A DNA stretch of 28,546 bases from a virus (lineage: Duplodnaviria; Caudoviricetes), in the IMG/VR virus record IMGVR_UViG_3300009156_000281, positions 1 to 28,546 of that record. One strand, 5' to 3'. The notes below the pieces were generated by a model. The model had not been told where the DNA came from. It saw only the letters and a program-made list of their open reading frames with translations, and searched no databases. Shown piece by piece: positions 1 through 8,856 of this stretch (its first letter is position 1; each line of letters opens with the position of its first letter). A program made the translations under genes and the position numbers.

Positions 1-1
1 A

Positions 2-841
2 GATTTCGAGCCGCCATATTGGTGGCCACGAGTTATCGCAGCTGATTGGGGCTATACGGCTAAGACATGGGTCGGCTGGGGAGCGGTGGCACCGGATGGC
101 AGGCTCTTTCTTTATCGCGAATACGTTAGGGAGAAAACTTCTATCGAGGAATGGGGGTCAGACGTTAGAAGAATTTCTCAGTTTGAACTAGACAATCTGG
201 GAGCAGCCACCCTCGATCCTTCAGCTTGGGGAAAACGTGGAGAGGCTAAGACCCTTCAGCAACAAATTACAGAGGCCACAGGAATTTCCTGGGAGCAAGC
301 AGATAATGATCGATTGGGTGGAAAGCTCCTCATGCACGAGATGCTTCGCTGGAAGCCTCGGCCACCTAAATACACGCCTGCTGAGGGATTCAGGGAAGAA
401 ACCGCGCAGCGAATCCTGCGAATGCAAGGTCCAGACGTATATTCGGAATACGTCAAGATGTTCGAGCCTGATCCTCCGGAGCTGAATCTTCCGAAGTTGC
501 AAGTTTGTCGTTCTTGCAGTCATTTTAGGGAAGCGATTCCGTCGTGCATTTATGAACAAAAGGATGGAAAGAACGCCGAGGATGTTCAAGAGTTCGACGG
601 TGATGACCCTTACGATGGTGGTCGTTATCTTATCAAGGCTTATTCTCGATATATTCGAGAATCTAAAACCAAGCACGAGAAACAGACCGCCCTGGGAGAA
701 ATCATTCAGAAACTCACGGAGACGAATGATTACAACCAGTTCCACCGGCAAATGCACGTTTTCGAGCACAAATTCCTCAAAAGGTCGAAATCAGTTCACC
801 GGACCAGATCTCGCTCAGTAGGACACCGTTTTCGAGCATAA
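2..841 (+). CDS. terL: Terminase large subunit, C-terminal nuclease domain (5' partial)
   Basis: Frame is open from position 2 (DFEPPYWWPRVIAADWGYTAK...). It shows the RNase H-like D-x-G motif (AADWGY), LYREY, DPSAW, ADNDRLGG and DDPYDGGRY (equivalent to DH..DALRY). It lies upstream of the portal. Confidence 0.9.
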   Translation, partial: DFEPPYWWPRVIAADWGYTAKTWVGWGAVAPDGRLFLYREYVREKTSIEEWGSDVRRISQFELDNLGAATLDPSAWGKRGEAKTLQQQITEATGISWEQADNDRLGGKLLMHEMLRWKPRPPKYTPAEGFREETAQRILRMQGPDVYSEYVKMFEPDPPELNLPKLQVCRSCSHFREAIPSCIYEQKDGKNAEDVQEFDGDDPYDGGRYLIKAYSRYIRESKTKHEKQTALGEIIQKLTETNDYNQFHRQMHVFEHKFLKRSKSVHRTRSRSVGHRFRA

Positions 842-849
842 GAGGCATT

Positions 850-1341
850 ATGGATACACCAATGGGAATCGGCGGTGCTCCGGACGCACCAATGGGGCAG
901 TCGGTAAGGCCGAAGAAGCTCCGTGGGCCGAGAGAGTCGCTTGGAGGTCCTCCTCCGATGGGTGGAGGGATGCCTCAGAGGATGGGACCTCCCGGAGGAA
1001 TGCCTCCACAGGCTCAGGGACCAATGCAGAGACCCCAAATGCCTCCTCAGGCAATGATGGCCCAGAGGAACGCCCAGATGCAGAGAATGCAGCAAATGCA
1101 GGCTCCGCAGGGTCTCCCACCGGGTCAAGCTCCTCCGGGTGTGCAGATGCCTCAGGGTCCTCCTCCCGAAATGTCGCCGATGGGACCGATGCAACAGCCT
1201 GACCCTATGCAGATGCAGAAAATCATGCAAATGAAGGCCATGCAGGAGGGTCAGGGCGGTGGGATGGGACAGATGCAAGATCCTCGTGCGCGTATGATGG
1301 CCTATCGTCAAGCCATGATGGGTCAACAGGGCATGATGTGA
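850..1341 (+). CDS. Pro/Gln/Met/Gly-rich low-complexity hypothetical protein
   Basis: 163-aa ORF with an SD-like AGAGG upstream; its stop overlaps the next start (TGATG at 1339-1343). Confidence 0.75.
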   Translation: MDTPMGIGGAPDAPMGQSVRPKKLRGPRESLGGPPPMGGGMPQRMGPPGGMPPQAQGPMQRPQMPPQAMMAQRNAQMQRMQQMQAPQGLPPGQAPPGVQMPQGPPPEMSPMGPMQQPDPMQMQKIMQMKAMQEGQGGGMGQMQDPRARMMAYRQAMMGQQGMM

Positions 1342-1766
1342 TGTGGCCGTGGAGTAAATTTGCTCGGTTGGAGGCCGAAATTGTTCGCCTGAAGAACGAT
1401 TTACGGTCTGCCGAGATGACATACACGGGCTACATGGCTCAAAACATGAAATTAGAGGACAGAGTTCGAGCTTTGGAGGCAGATGAGCGGGAGATTCGTC
1501 TCAACCTGTTGCGCCGATCCGGTGTCCTCCCCTCCGAGGCCCATATCGACGCCAAAGAGCGTGAATTTAAGCCCGTAAAGAAAGCTGTGATTCCTTGGTC
1601 ACAGCAAGCTGCCAAACTCGAAGCGGATTCCAAGGAAAGGTATTGGAAAAAGCAGATAGAATTGAGAGAACGGCCTCAATTAGAGAGAGCACAGGATCAG
1701 CAGAATCAGGAACAGGTCGATTTTGATAGGGATTTGGCGGAATTAAACAATGTTTCCTCCAGCTGA
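1341..1766 (+). CDS. Coiled-coil hypothetical protein
   Basis: ATG at 1341 in the TGATG overlap; heptad-like N-terminal half (LEAEIVRLKNDL...LEDRVRALE); overlaps the portal start. Confidence 0.75.
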   Translation: MWPWSKFARLEAEIVRLKNDLRSAEMTYTGYMAQNMKLEDRVRALEADEREIRLNLLRRSGVLPSEAHIDAKEREFKPVKKAVIPWSQQAAKLEADSKERYWKKQIELRERPQLERAQDQQNQEQVDFDRDLAELNNVSSS

Positions 1767-4305
1767 CCCAGAACTCCTCGACGAATCGCTTCTTCCCCAG
1801 GAAGATCTGGGTGGTCCCATCGTCCAGGGTGACTTGGAGCCGCAGGACGAAGCTCTGGCTCTCACTCCCGAGGCACCGCCAGAAGAACCGGAAGAAAAGG
1901 AGCACTTCTGTGACTCCGATATTGCAAAAAATCTCGCCCGCATCATCGACCACCTTGAGCAGCACGACCGCTTCGCGCGTGAGCGTCTTATTAAGAAGTG
2001 GCGGAAACAGCTCTGTTATTGGGATAATATCCAATACATCTGGTGGTCAGACTTTGCTCTCGATTGGCGCACTCCGGATCAAATCAAAGAAGAAGATCCG
2101 CAGAGCGATATTGACCCAGCTCTCTATGCTAAGATTATCAACATCTACAGAGCTTACGGAGAGGTTATTATCGCTGCGATGAGTTCGGCTCTGCCGACTG
2201 TTCCCTTCGTGCCTGACGACGCCGAGAATCCTGATGACATTCAGACGGCGAAGGCGTATACGAAGATAGGAATGCTCGTTCAGAAGCACAATTACGCCGA
2301 GCTTTTGTTCATGAAGGCTCTTTTCATTCTGTATAATCAAGGCGTCATCTTTGGTTACAATGAAAATCGAGCCTCTGAGAAGTTCGGCGTCTACGAGAAG
2401 CCAATCGTTCAGAATCATGCCGTAGTTACTCGCGAATACTATTGTGCGAACTGCGGCTACGCTCTCGGTTCGGAGGAAATTTCTGCCTCCCCCATTCCTC
2501 AGTCCCCGGAGGAGGCTGGGTCCGAAGAACCGAGTCCTATGGACCTCCCGTCGCCCACTGGTCCGGTTGACGAGCCTCCGGTGGCTCAGAGCTTGCCACC
2601 TATGGCGGATCAAGCTATGGGAACTCAGGCCTGCCCGCAGTGTGGCTACGATAATATGCCTGAATCCGATGATTTTGAGGAAATGGTCCCCAGAATCGCC
2701 GGATACGCCAAAACTCCGAAGAATAGGGAATGTCTTGAAGTCTACGGACCTCTAAATGTCAAAGTTGCTCCCTGGGCGACGAAAAAAGAGGATTTACCGT
2801 ATCTTATTCTCGAAACTGAAGAACATTATGCCAAACTTCAAGACATTTACCCCGATATTGCGGAGCGTATTCAACCTCTGATAGACATGGAGAGCATGGA
2901 TCGGGCGATGCGAACGTCTGTAGCCCTCAAAGGCGACGTTTCGACCGACCTTTGCACCTGTCGGAGAGTGTGGTTGCAACCGTGGTCCTACAATGTCCTG
3001 GGTATGGCTGGTCACAAGGACGAGATAGAGGAACTTCGCTCCCTCTACCCGAATGGCGTTTATTGCGTCGTAATCAACAAGGACCTAGTCGTCGAAGGCA
3101 TTCCCGACGTCATGGAGGACCATTGGACGATTACGGAGCATCCCCTCTCCGAAAATCTTCATGCGGAGAGCGTTGGAAGCTCGGTCATGCCCATCCAGGA
3201 TATGACGAATGAAGGATGGAACCTCACCCTCGAAGGTATCGAATTTGGAATCCCAGAACTCTACGCGGACCCAGATGTGCTGGATTTCGACGCCTACGGG
3301 AAGTCGGAAGCTCGTCCAGGTCAAGTTTCCCCTGCGAAGGCTCCCGCAGGTAGGTCCCTTGGTGAAGGTTTTTTTGAAGCTAAGACATCATCTATCAGCC
3401 AAGAAATTGATAAGTTCCTCAATCGCCTTGAGCGCGTCGGCCAATTTATCTCCGGAGCGTTACCTACGGTTTTTGGCGGGTCTATCACTGGAGGATCAGG
3501 AACCGCCAAAGAATACGAAATGAGCCGAGCGCAGGCTCTCCAGAGACTCCAGATTACTTGGAAAATCGTCAAGATCTGGTGGGCGCGGATGCTCTCGAAG
3601 GCAGTTCGGAGCTACGCGATCAACATGCTGGAGGACGAGAAATACGTAGAAAAGCGCGGCTCTACATATGTGAACGTCTGGATTCGACATATCCACATGA
3701 CCGGCTCCGTGGGTGAAGTTGAGCCTGACGTCAACGAAAGCTTCCCGATCTCCTGGGCGCAGAAAAGGGATATGATTCTCCAGCTATTCCAGGGTGGTAA
3801 CGAGGATGTGATGAACGTCCTCCGACACCCTGAGAATGCAGGACTCATCGCTCTGATCATTGGAGTTCCTGAACTCTACATCCCTGGTGATGATGACAGG
3901 AATAAACAGCTCGTAGAGATCGGGGAGCTTATTCTTTCTGAGCCGACCCAGACAATGCCTCCCATGCCTCCACCTCCGCCAGCAGAAGGTGGGATGGGAC
4001 CGGTTGGGCCTCCTGCTCCTCCTCAGGCTGCGCCTTCGTCTGAAGAAGGTATGGGGATGCCGATGATGACCTCCTCGGTCCCGATAGACGAAAGTCTCGA
4101 TAACCACGAGATCGAGATGATTACGTGTCAGGCATGGCTGAAATCTGAGATTGGCCTGCAATACAAGAAAGAGAATCCTGGCGCGTATATGAATGTCCTC
4201 CTTCATATGCAGGAGCACCAGAGATTAGTGCAGATGGCAGAGGCTCAGGCTGCTGAAGCCGAAGCTGAAGGATCTGAAGGTAAAGAGAAACCGCCTCAGG
4301 AGTAG
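1750..4305 (+). CDS. Portal protein with an inserted CxxC...CxxC zinc-ribbon-like segment
   Basis: 851 aa between terL and scaffold/capsid. P22-like portal features include an early N.YR..GE.IIA.M helix, P.D....D...A, and PIQD..N followed by a SG..P...G....SGTA region. CANC and CPQC lie at 2443-2643. Confidence 0.85.
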   Translation: MFPPADPELLDESLLPQEDLGGPIVQGDLEPQDEALALTPEAPPEEPEEKEHFCDSDIAKNLARIIDHLEQHDRFARERLIKKWRKQLCYWDNIQYIWWSDFALDWRTPDQIKEEDPQSDIDPALYAKIINIYRAYGEVIIAAMSSALPTVPFVPDDAENPDDIQTAKAYTKIGMLVQKHNYAELLFMKALFILYNQGVIFGYNENRASEKFGVYEKPIVQNHAVVTREYYCANCGYALGSEEISASPIPQSPEEAGSEEPSPMDLPSPTGPVDEPPVAQSLPPMADQAMGTQACPQCGYDNMPESDDFEEMVPRIAGYAKTPKNRECLEVYGPLNVKVAPWATKKEDLPYLILETEEHYAKLQDIYPDIAERIQPLIDMESMDRAMRTSVALKGDVSTDLCTCRRVWLQPWSYNVLGMAGHKDEIEELRSLYPNGVYCVVINKDLVVEGIPDVMEDHWTITEHPLSENLHAESVGSSVMPIQDMTNEGWNLTLEGIEFGIPELYADPDVLDFDAYGKSEARPGQVSPAKAPAGRSLGEGFFEAKTSSISQEIDKFLNRLERVGQFISGALPTVFGGSITGGSGTAKEYEMSRAQALQRLQITWKIVKIWWARMLSKAVRSYAINMLEDEKYVEKRGSTYVNVWIRHIHMTGSVGEVEPDVNESFPISWAQKRDMILQLFQGGNEDVMNVLRHPENAGLIALIIGVPELYIPGDDDRNKQLVEIGELILSEPTQTMPPMPPPPPAEGGMGPVGPPAPPQAAPSSEEGMGMPMMTSSVPIDESLDNHEIEMITCQAWLKSEIGLQYKKENPGAYMNVLLHMQEHQRLVQMAEAQAAEAEAEGSEGKEKPPQE

Positions 4306-4309
4306 TTAA

Positions 4310-5611
4310 ATGTTTTTCTTCAAGTCTCAACAGTTCTTTTCACCCGATGATTCCGGAGGAGGATCGGATGGGGACTTCTCTGCAGACATGGCCGTCCTCA
4401 ACGAGCCATCTGGAGAATCTGCTCCTGCTCCTGAAAAAACTCGAACCTTCAACGAGGAGCCAACAACCGAAGACCTCGCCGAGGAGGAAGAAGATGGCGA
4501 AGATAAAACTGACGAAGGTGACGAGACCGACGAAGGCGAGGAGTCCGAAGAGACCGACGAGGCCGACGCGCCCGTCCAGGGTAAACCGACCCTAAAGGCG
4601 ATTAAAGAGCAGTTCCCTGGCATCTTCAAGAAGTTTCCAGAGCTGAAGGCTGCTCTTTTCAGGGACCAGGAATTCTCGAAGTATCACGCAACGCCTGAGG
4701 ATGCGGCGCAGGCTGCGGTCAAGGCGGATAACTACGACCGTCTGGAAAGCACGCTGGTTCAAGGGTCTCCTGACCTCCTGATGTCAGAGCTTGCGGAGAA
4801 CAACCCGAAAGCTTTCAAGGAGGTTGCTCTCAATTGGTTGCCCAAACTTCGAGAAATTGACGAGAAGCTGTTCATTTCAGCGACCGAACCTGTTTTAGAG
4901 GAGCTTATCTTTCTCGCTTTCAAGCATGGGGAGAAAACAGGAGACAAGAACCTTGCGATGTCGGCGCGCCACCTCGCGAATTTCATATTTGCAAATGGTG
5001 GGGAGATTCCGGACATTTCGAAAAAGCAGCAGAAAGAACCCAATCCTGCCGAAATTCAGCTCCAGCAGGAGCGGCAGCAGTGGGCTCAGACTCGATTTCA
5101 AGAGGCCGATGGGGAGATTTTCAACTTCGTGACATCCTCGCTGGACCAGACCATTCGGCAAGGTTTGGACCCGGCTGGAACGATGCCCGAACGGATGAAA
5201 GCCTCTATAGTGCAAGATGTGATAAACGAGATGAACTCCCAGCTCGCCAAGGACCCCGTCCACGCACGTAGGATGCAGGGTCTATGGAAACGGGCTGCTG
5301 GAGATGCCTATTCACGACAGAGCAAAGAGAGTATCGTAAACACCTACCTCTCGGGTGCGCGTCCGCTCTTGCGTGACCTCCGGAACCGAATCAGATCGGA
5401 GTATCTCGGCTCGAATCCCTCCCGTAAACCTAACGGGCGACCGGATGAGAAGCTCGCAGCTACTCCACAGAAAAAGAAGCCCTTCGAGGGATCTTCGAAG
5501 CGGGTAGATTCAAGGCGGGAGAGGGCGACGGTTCTCGATCCGAAGAAAATCGACTACGCCCACACTACCGACCTGGACATACTCTCGGGCAAGGTGACCT
5601 TGAAGAAGTAG
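4310..5611 (+). CDS. Putative capsid scaffolding protein
   Basis: Sits between portal and capsid; acidic disordered N-terminus, helical middle, basic C-terminus. Confidence 0.65.
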   Translation: MFFFKSQQFFSPDDSGGGSDGDFSADMAVLNEPSGESAPAPEKTRTFNEEPTTEDLAEEEEDGEDKTDEGDETDEGEESEETDEADAPVQGKPTLKAIKEQFPGIFKKFPELKAALFRDQEFSKYHATPEDAAQAAVKADNYDRLESTLVQGSPDLLMSELAENNPKAFKEVALNWLPKLREIDEKLFISATEPVLEELIFLAFKHGEKTGDKNLAMSARHLANFIFANGGEIPDISKKQQKEPNPAEIQLQQERQQWAQTRFQEADGEIFNFVTSSLDQTIRQGLDPAGTMPERMKASIVQDVINEMNSQLAKDPVHARRMQGLWKRAAGDAYSRQSKESIVNTYLSGARPLLRDLRNRIRSEYLGSNPSRKPNGRPDEKLAATPQKKKPFEGSSKRVDSRRERATVLDPKKIDYAHTTDLDILSGKVTLKK

Positions 5612-5621
5612 GAGAATTCAT

Positions 5622-6902
5622 ATGGCTTTGACAGAAACTCAAGTGGTCGCAGCCGAGCTTGAGACTGTCCAGAGCAAGGTTCCTGTCCTATTCGACCGTG
5701 ACTCTCTCTTTTACGGCAACATCGAGAAGAGAGATGTGGAAAAGGTTTCCAACCGGGATATGAGAGTCCCGATGGAAATCCGCCCCGGTGGTAGGTTCGG
5801 ATACTTTTCTCCGGATGGTGGGGACCTCGGCAGAGGCGATGGTCAGTCGTTCGAGAAGGCTCTCGTCTCCACGGTCCACATGAAGCACGGTGTGGAGTGG
5901 CAGAAGCGGGCACAGTGGGCCACCGACGATACGAGGAAGTCGGTTGTCAACGCATTCCGTCAGTTGCTCGCCAAAGCGATGGCCGAGTTCCGGCGTCAGG
6001 TCGATTCCTCGCTCATGACGGGTGGAAATGGCGCGGTCGCCACGATCACCAGCGTTTCAACTGCGGGCGGCCAGGACACCTACACCTGCACGACGGATGG
6101 TTTCGGTGTGCGCCTCCTCCGATACGGGCAGTTCGTGTCGGTTTACGATGCTGCTTTCGCCGCAGCTCGTGTCATCGCTCCTTCAGCTGGTGCGGCTCTG
6201 GTCGGGACCGCCGCCCAGATCGACTTGGTGGATTATGCGGCCAAGACATTCCGCATCAAGGGAGCGGCGACCTCGCCCATCGCTGGTGATAGGATCGTTA
6301 TCGAGGGGCTATCTGGGGCCAACCCAGTCGCTCTGCTTGGCGTTCCCTACCATCACAACAATGCGTCAACTGGGACTTGGCTCGGATTGGATCGAGCGCA
6401 GTTTCCAGAGATTCGAGCCTCACGAGTTGCAGCGGCTGGTCCGTTGGCACCTGCACACGCGAGGGTTGCTCTGAATCGCATCGGAGACCGCATCGGCCTC
6501 GACAACGGTGTCAAGGTTCAGGCGTGGATGCATCCCTGTCAGGTCCAGGCTTACGAGGAGCTGGGACAGGCGGTGCAGGTGGTCAACCGCAATGGCGGAT
6601 CGTCTCAAGGCCTCGACCTCTACTTCGACATTCAGCAGATTGCTGGAGCGCCGATTCGCAGGTCGTATTCGTGGGACAAGACCCGCATCGACTTCATCGT
6701 CGGAGAGGTCTGGGGACGCGCCGAAATGCATCCCGCAGGCTTCTACGAGGAAGAGGGTCGGCGGCTCTTTGAACTTCGCGGAGCATCGGGTGGTGTGGCG
6801 ACTGCCACGATCTTCTACCTGACCGCATCGTTCAACACCTTCATCAACAATCCGGCTTCGTGCTCATACATCGATACCCTGACGGTTCCGTCGGGCTACT
6901 GA
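5622..6902 (+). CDS. Major capsid protein (HK97 fold, putative)
   Basis: 426 aa, strong SD (AGGAG), strongly C/G-ending codons, directly after the scaffold and followed by a structured intergenic region. Size and composition are typical of P22-coat-like proteins. Confidence 0.8.
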   Translation: MALTETQVVAAELETVQSKVPVLFDRDSLFYGNIEKRDVEKVSNRDMRVPMEIRPGGRFGYFSPDGGDLGRGDGQSFEKALVSTVHMKHGVEWQKRAQWATDDTRKSVVNAFRQLLAKAMAEFRRQVDSSLMTGGNGAVATITSVSTAGGQDTYTCTTDGFGVRLLRYGQFVSVYDAAFAAARVIAPSAGAALVGTAAQIDLVDYAAKTFRIKGAATSPIAGDRIVIEGLSGANPVALLGVPYHHNNASTGTWLGLDRAQFPEIRASRVAAAGPLAPAHARVALNRIGDRIGLDNGVKVQAWMHPCQVQAYEELGQAVQVVNRNGGSSQGLDLYFDIQQIAGAPIRRSYSWDKTRIDFIVGEVWGRAEMHPAGFYEEEGRRLFELRGASGGVATATIFYLTASFNTFINNPASCSYIDTLTVPSGY

Positions 6903-6916
6903 TGTAGAGGAGGGAA

Positions 6917-7041
6917 GGGGGCCGGATTCGATAACACGGATTCGGCCTCCCAACTTAGACCGCGGTGCAGGGTTTTTACCGTTTCACCTGCTTTGGGTCT
7001 ATCGGAGCGGAACGGTGTCAGATAGGCCACGCGGCTTTTTT
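6917..7041 (+). promoter_or_regulatory. Structured intergenic RNA / terminator region after the capsid gene
   Basis: 14-bp hairpin 6917-6930/6937-6950 (3 G-U pairs); second stem tagacc 6956-6961/ggtcta 6996-7001 enclosing gcagg/cctgc; short gcc-acgc-ggc stem followed by T6 at 7036-7041. Confidence 0.5.
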
Positions 7042-7638
7042 ATGGACAACGTCTTAATCACTTACTTTAACAACAAACTGGCAGATCACGGGAGGTCCCT
7101 TGATGGCCGCCCAATCTGGAGAATCTCGTGGGCACCAGACCAGCGTGAAAAACGACTCGGAACCTTCTCCGACTTCTATGGATCAATCTTTCTTCGAGAG
7201 CGAACAGAAGTTAGAGACGTCCCTAAATACTGGTATGTGGGTCCGCGTTGGGTGCTTGAGCGCCTTACTTTTCTACCTCCTGGTAGCTCTGTTCATCGCG
7301 AGCTTGTTTCTCAAAGCAGTCCATTAGACATCTCTTCCCCGGTGAGGAGCGGGACCTATGAGCCAGTCTATGTTTTTCAAGACGCTAAAGGTGAAGCTCT
7401 CCCGGTCACTGAGTGGGCTTTGGACGCAGTTATGCACACTGCTGAGTTCGGAGAAAGGCGGCAGCTTTCGGACGCGGATATGAGGGATAAATATCACGCC
7501 TCGATGGAAGAGGATGCAAAGTATTTCGAAGCTCAATTCCATGAGGCCGGGAGGTCCGCCCTGTTCGCATTCGAGAACTCCGTGTTTGTAGATTCAACGA
7601 AAGTCTATAAAGAGAGCGTCCATGCCTCCGAGATCTAA
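7042..7638 (+). CDS. Hypothetical protein
   Basis: ORF track starts at GTG 7015; ATG 7042, after the T tract, is more likely. Protein-like composition; overlaps the next gene. Confidence 0.7.
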   Translation: MDNVLITYFNNKLADHGRSLDGRPIWRISWAPDQREKRLGTFSDFYGSIFLRERTEVRDVPKYWYVGPRWVLERLTFLPPGSSVHRELVSQSSPLDISSPVRSGTYEPVYVFQDAKGEALPVTEWALDAVMHTAEFGERRQLSDADMRDKYHASMEEDAKYFEAQFHEAGRSALFAFENSVFVDSTKVYKESVHASEI

Positions 7639-8293
7639 CGACATCTGCACCATCGTCACCATCCTCCCGTATCCCCTGGTAGAGGAGAAGCCCGGACTCG
7701 TTCCGGGAACTTTCATCATCCCCTACACGGAGCCGGGAGACTTCAATCTCGTCAACATCGAACGATGCCAACATGCCGTTTATCTTGACTCAAATCGTCC
7801 TCGACTCATTGTGCCTGATCCCTCTGACTTGGTTGCTCGATCCGTGGCCTACGACCACAAAACTGCTATGGTCTGCTATGAGGCCGGTATCGCGGAGCCG
7901 GGCATAGATTGGGTCTGGGGGGAATACCTCCCGAACGAGAACGGGAAGCTCGCATTTGCAGCCGCGCACGGAGCCGTCCTCGAAGGAATGAAGCGTCTCC
8001 AGGATGAGTGGTATGTGCGGCTGTTGAGAATGGCGGATGACGACTGGGCCAGATACCGCCAGCACAAATTCATCACCGGGCTGCAAAGAACCGCAGCTCA
8101 AGTCTTGGGTCAGACCGATCGGGACTGGATGGTCCAGAACCGTATCGAAGAAAGCCTGAGCAAATGTAGGTTCTGCTTCGCTCAGGTTCACCCGGTCGCT
8201 TGCATCTGCCCCTCGTGTCATGGTATTCTGGATAAGGCCAGATACGAGAAGGAGTTCCTCGGGGCGGGTGTTATTGAGAAAGTGAGAGGCTAA
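7622..8293 (+). CDS. Hypothetical protein with C-terminal zinc ribbon
   Basis: CRFC-x10-CPSC near the C-terminus; TAATG coupling to the next gene. Confidence 0.75.
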   Translation: MPPRSNDICTIVTILPYPLVEEKPGLVPGTFIIPYTEPGDFNLVNIERCQHAVYLDSNRPRLIVPDPSDLVARSVAYDHKTAMVCYEAGIAEPGIDWVWGEYLPNENGKLAFAAAHGAVLEGMKRLQDEWYVRLLRMADDDWARYRQHKFITGLQRTAAQVLGQTDRDWMVQNRIEESLSKCRFCFAQVHPVACICPSCHGILDKARYEKEFLGAGVIEKVRG

Positions 8294-8523
8294 TGCCGAC
8301 ATACCAGATTCCCTGTGGCGTTCCGACCCAGATTGCACAGAATGCTGTCTGGGCGCTCCCTTCCTTCAAGGTTCGTGTTCGAGCGGAACCGAATTGCGAA
8401 CTTGCACAAAGCCCGACCGGACCCTGGGCTGCAATGACCGGCCCGGTGGAAGGTTTCGACTCTGCTGCCTCCTACATCCGATGCACTACCGCCGCCGCGA
8501 TGGTGACTTGTGTCAAAGGCTGA
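8293..8523 (+). CDS. Small hypothetical protein (beta-rich, possibly virion-associated)
   Basis: 76 aa, GAGG SD, TAATG overlap with the preceding gene. Confidence 0.65.
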   Translation: MPTYQIPCGVPTQIAQNAVWALPSFKVRVRAEPNCELAQSPTGPWAAMTGPVEGFDSAASYIRCTTAAAMVTCVKG

Positions 8524-8662
8524 ACTCTGGTCTTTCACTTTGGAACTTTGCAAGGGTGATAAGGTTGTCGATAAAATCGACGTCTCAGACCACCACTTGG
8601 AAGAGATCATCGAGCTTCTGGAACGGTGGTTGGAGGATCTGAATGCCAATCGACACGTTTAA
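8510..8662 (+). CDS. Small hypothetical protein not in the ORF track (50 aa)
   Basis: GTG 8510 to TAA 8662 gives MSKAELWSFTLELCKGDKVVDKIDVSDHHLEEIIELLERWLEDLNANRHV. It fills an otherwise empty gap, overlaps both neighbours like other genes here, and has an amphipathic C-terminal helix. Confidence 0.5.
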   Translation: MSKAELWSFTLELCKGDKVVDKIDVSDHHLEEIIELLERWLEDLNANRHV

Positions 8663-8855
8663 CGTCGAGGATGTCTTTACCTGGGAGGCACCGGAGCATC
8701 CTCGGGAAAGGTTGGTAAAGAAGGTCTCTCTCGACTTCGTTACCCTGGCTCAGAGCATCCTCTATAATGTTCCAGATTCTCAGGAACGGGTTGATGCTCT
8801 GAAGCTCTTGTTTGATGCCGAGCAGCTTTGTATTTTAAGAATAAAAGAAGGTTAG
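8643..8855 (+). CDS. Acb2/Tad1-like helical hairpin protein (divergent)
   Basis: GGAGG SD. VEDVFTWEAP...LAQSILYNVPDSQERVDALKLLFDA matches the recalled family pattern F.YH.P...A..I...CP.SRE.S.A...LEE. Confidence 0.5.
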   Translation: MPIDTFNVEDVFTWEAPEHPRERLVKKVSLDFVTLAQSILYNVPDSQERVDALKLLFDAEQLCILRIKEG

Positions 8856-8856
8856 A

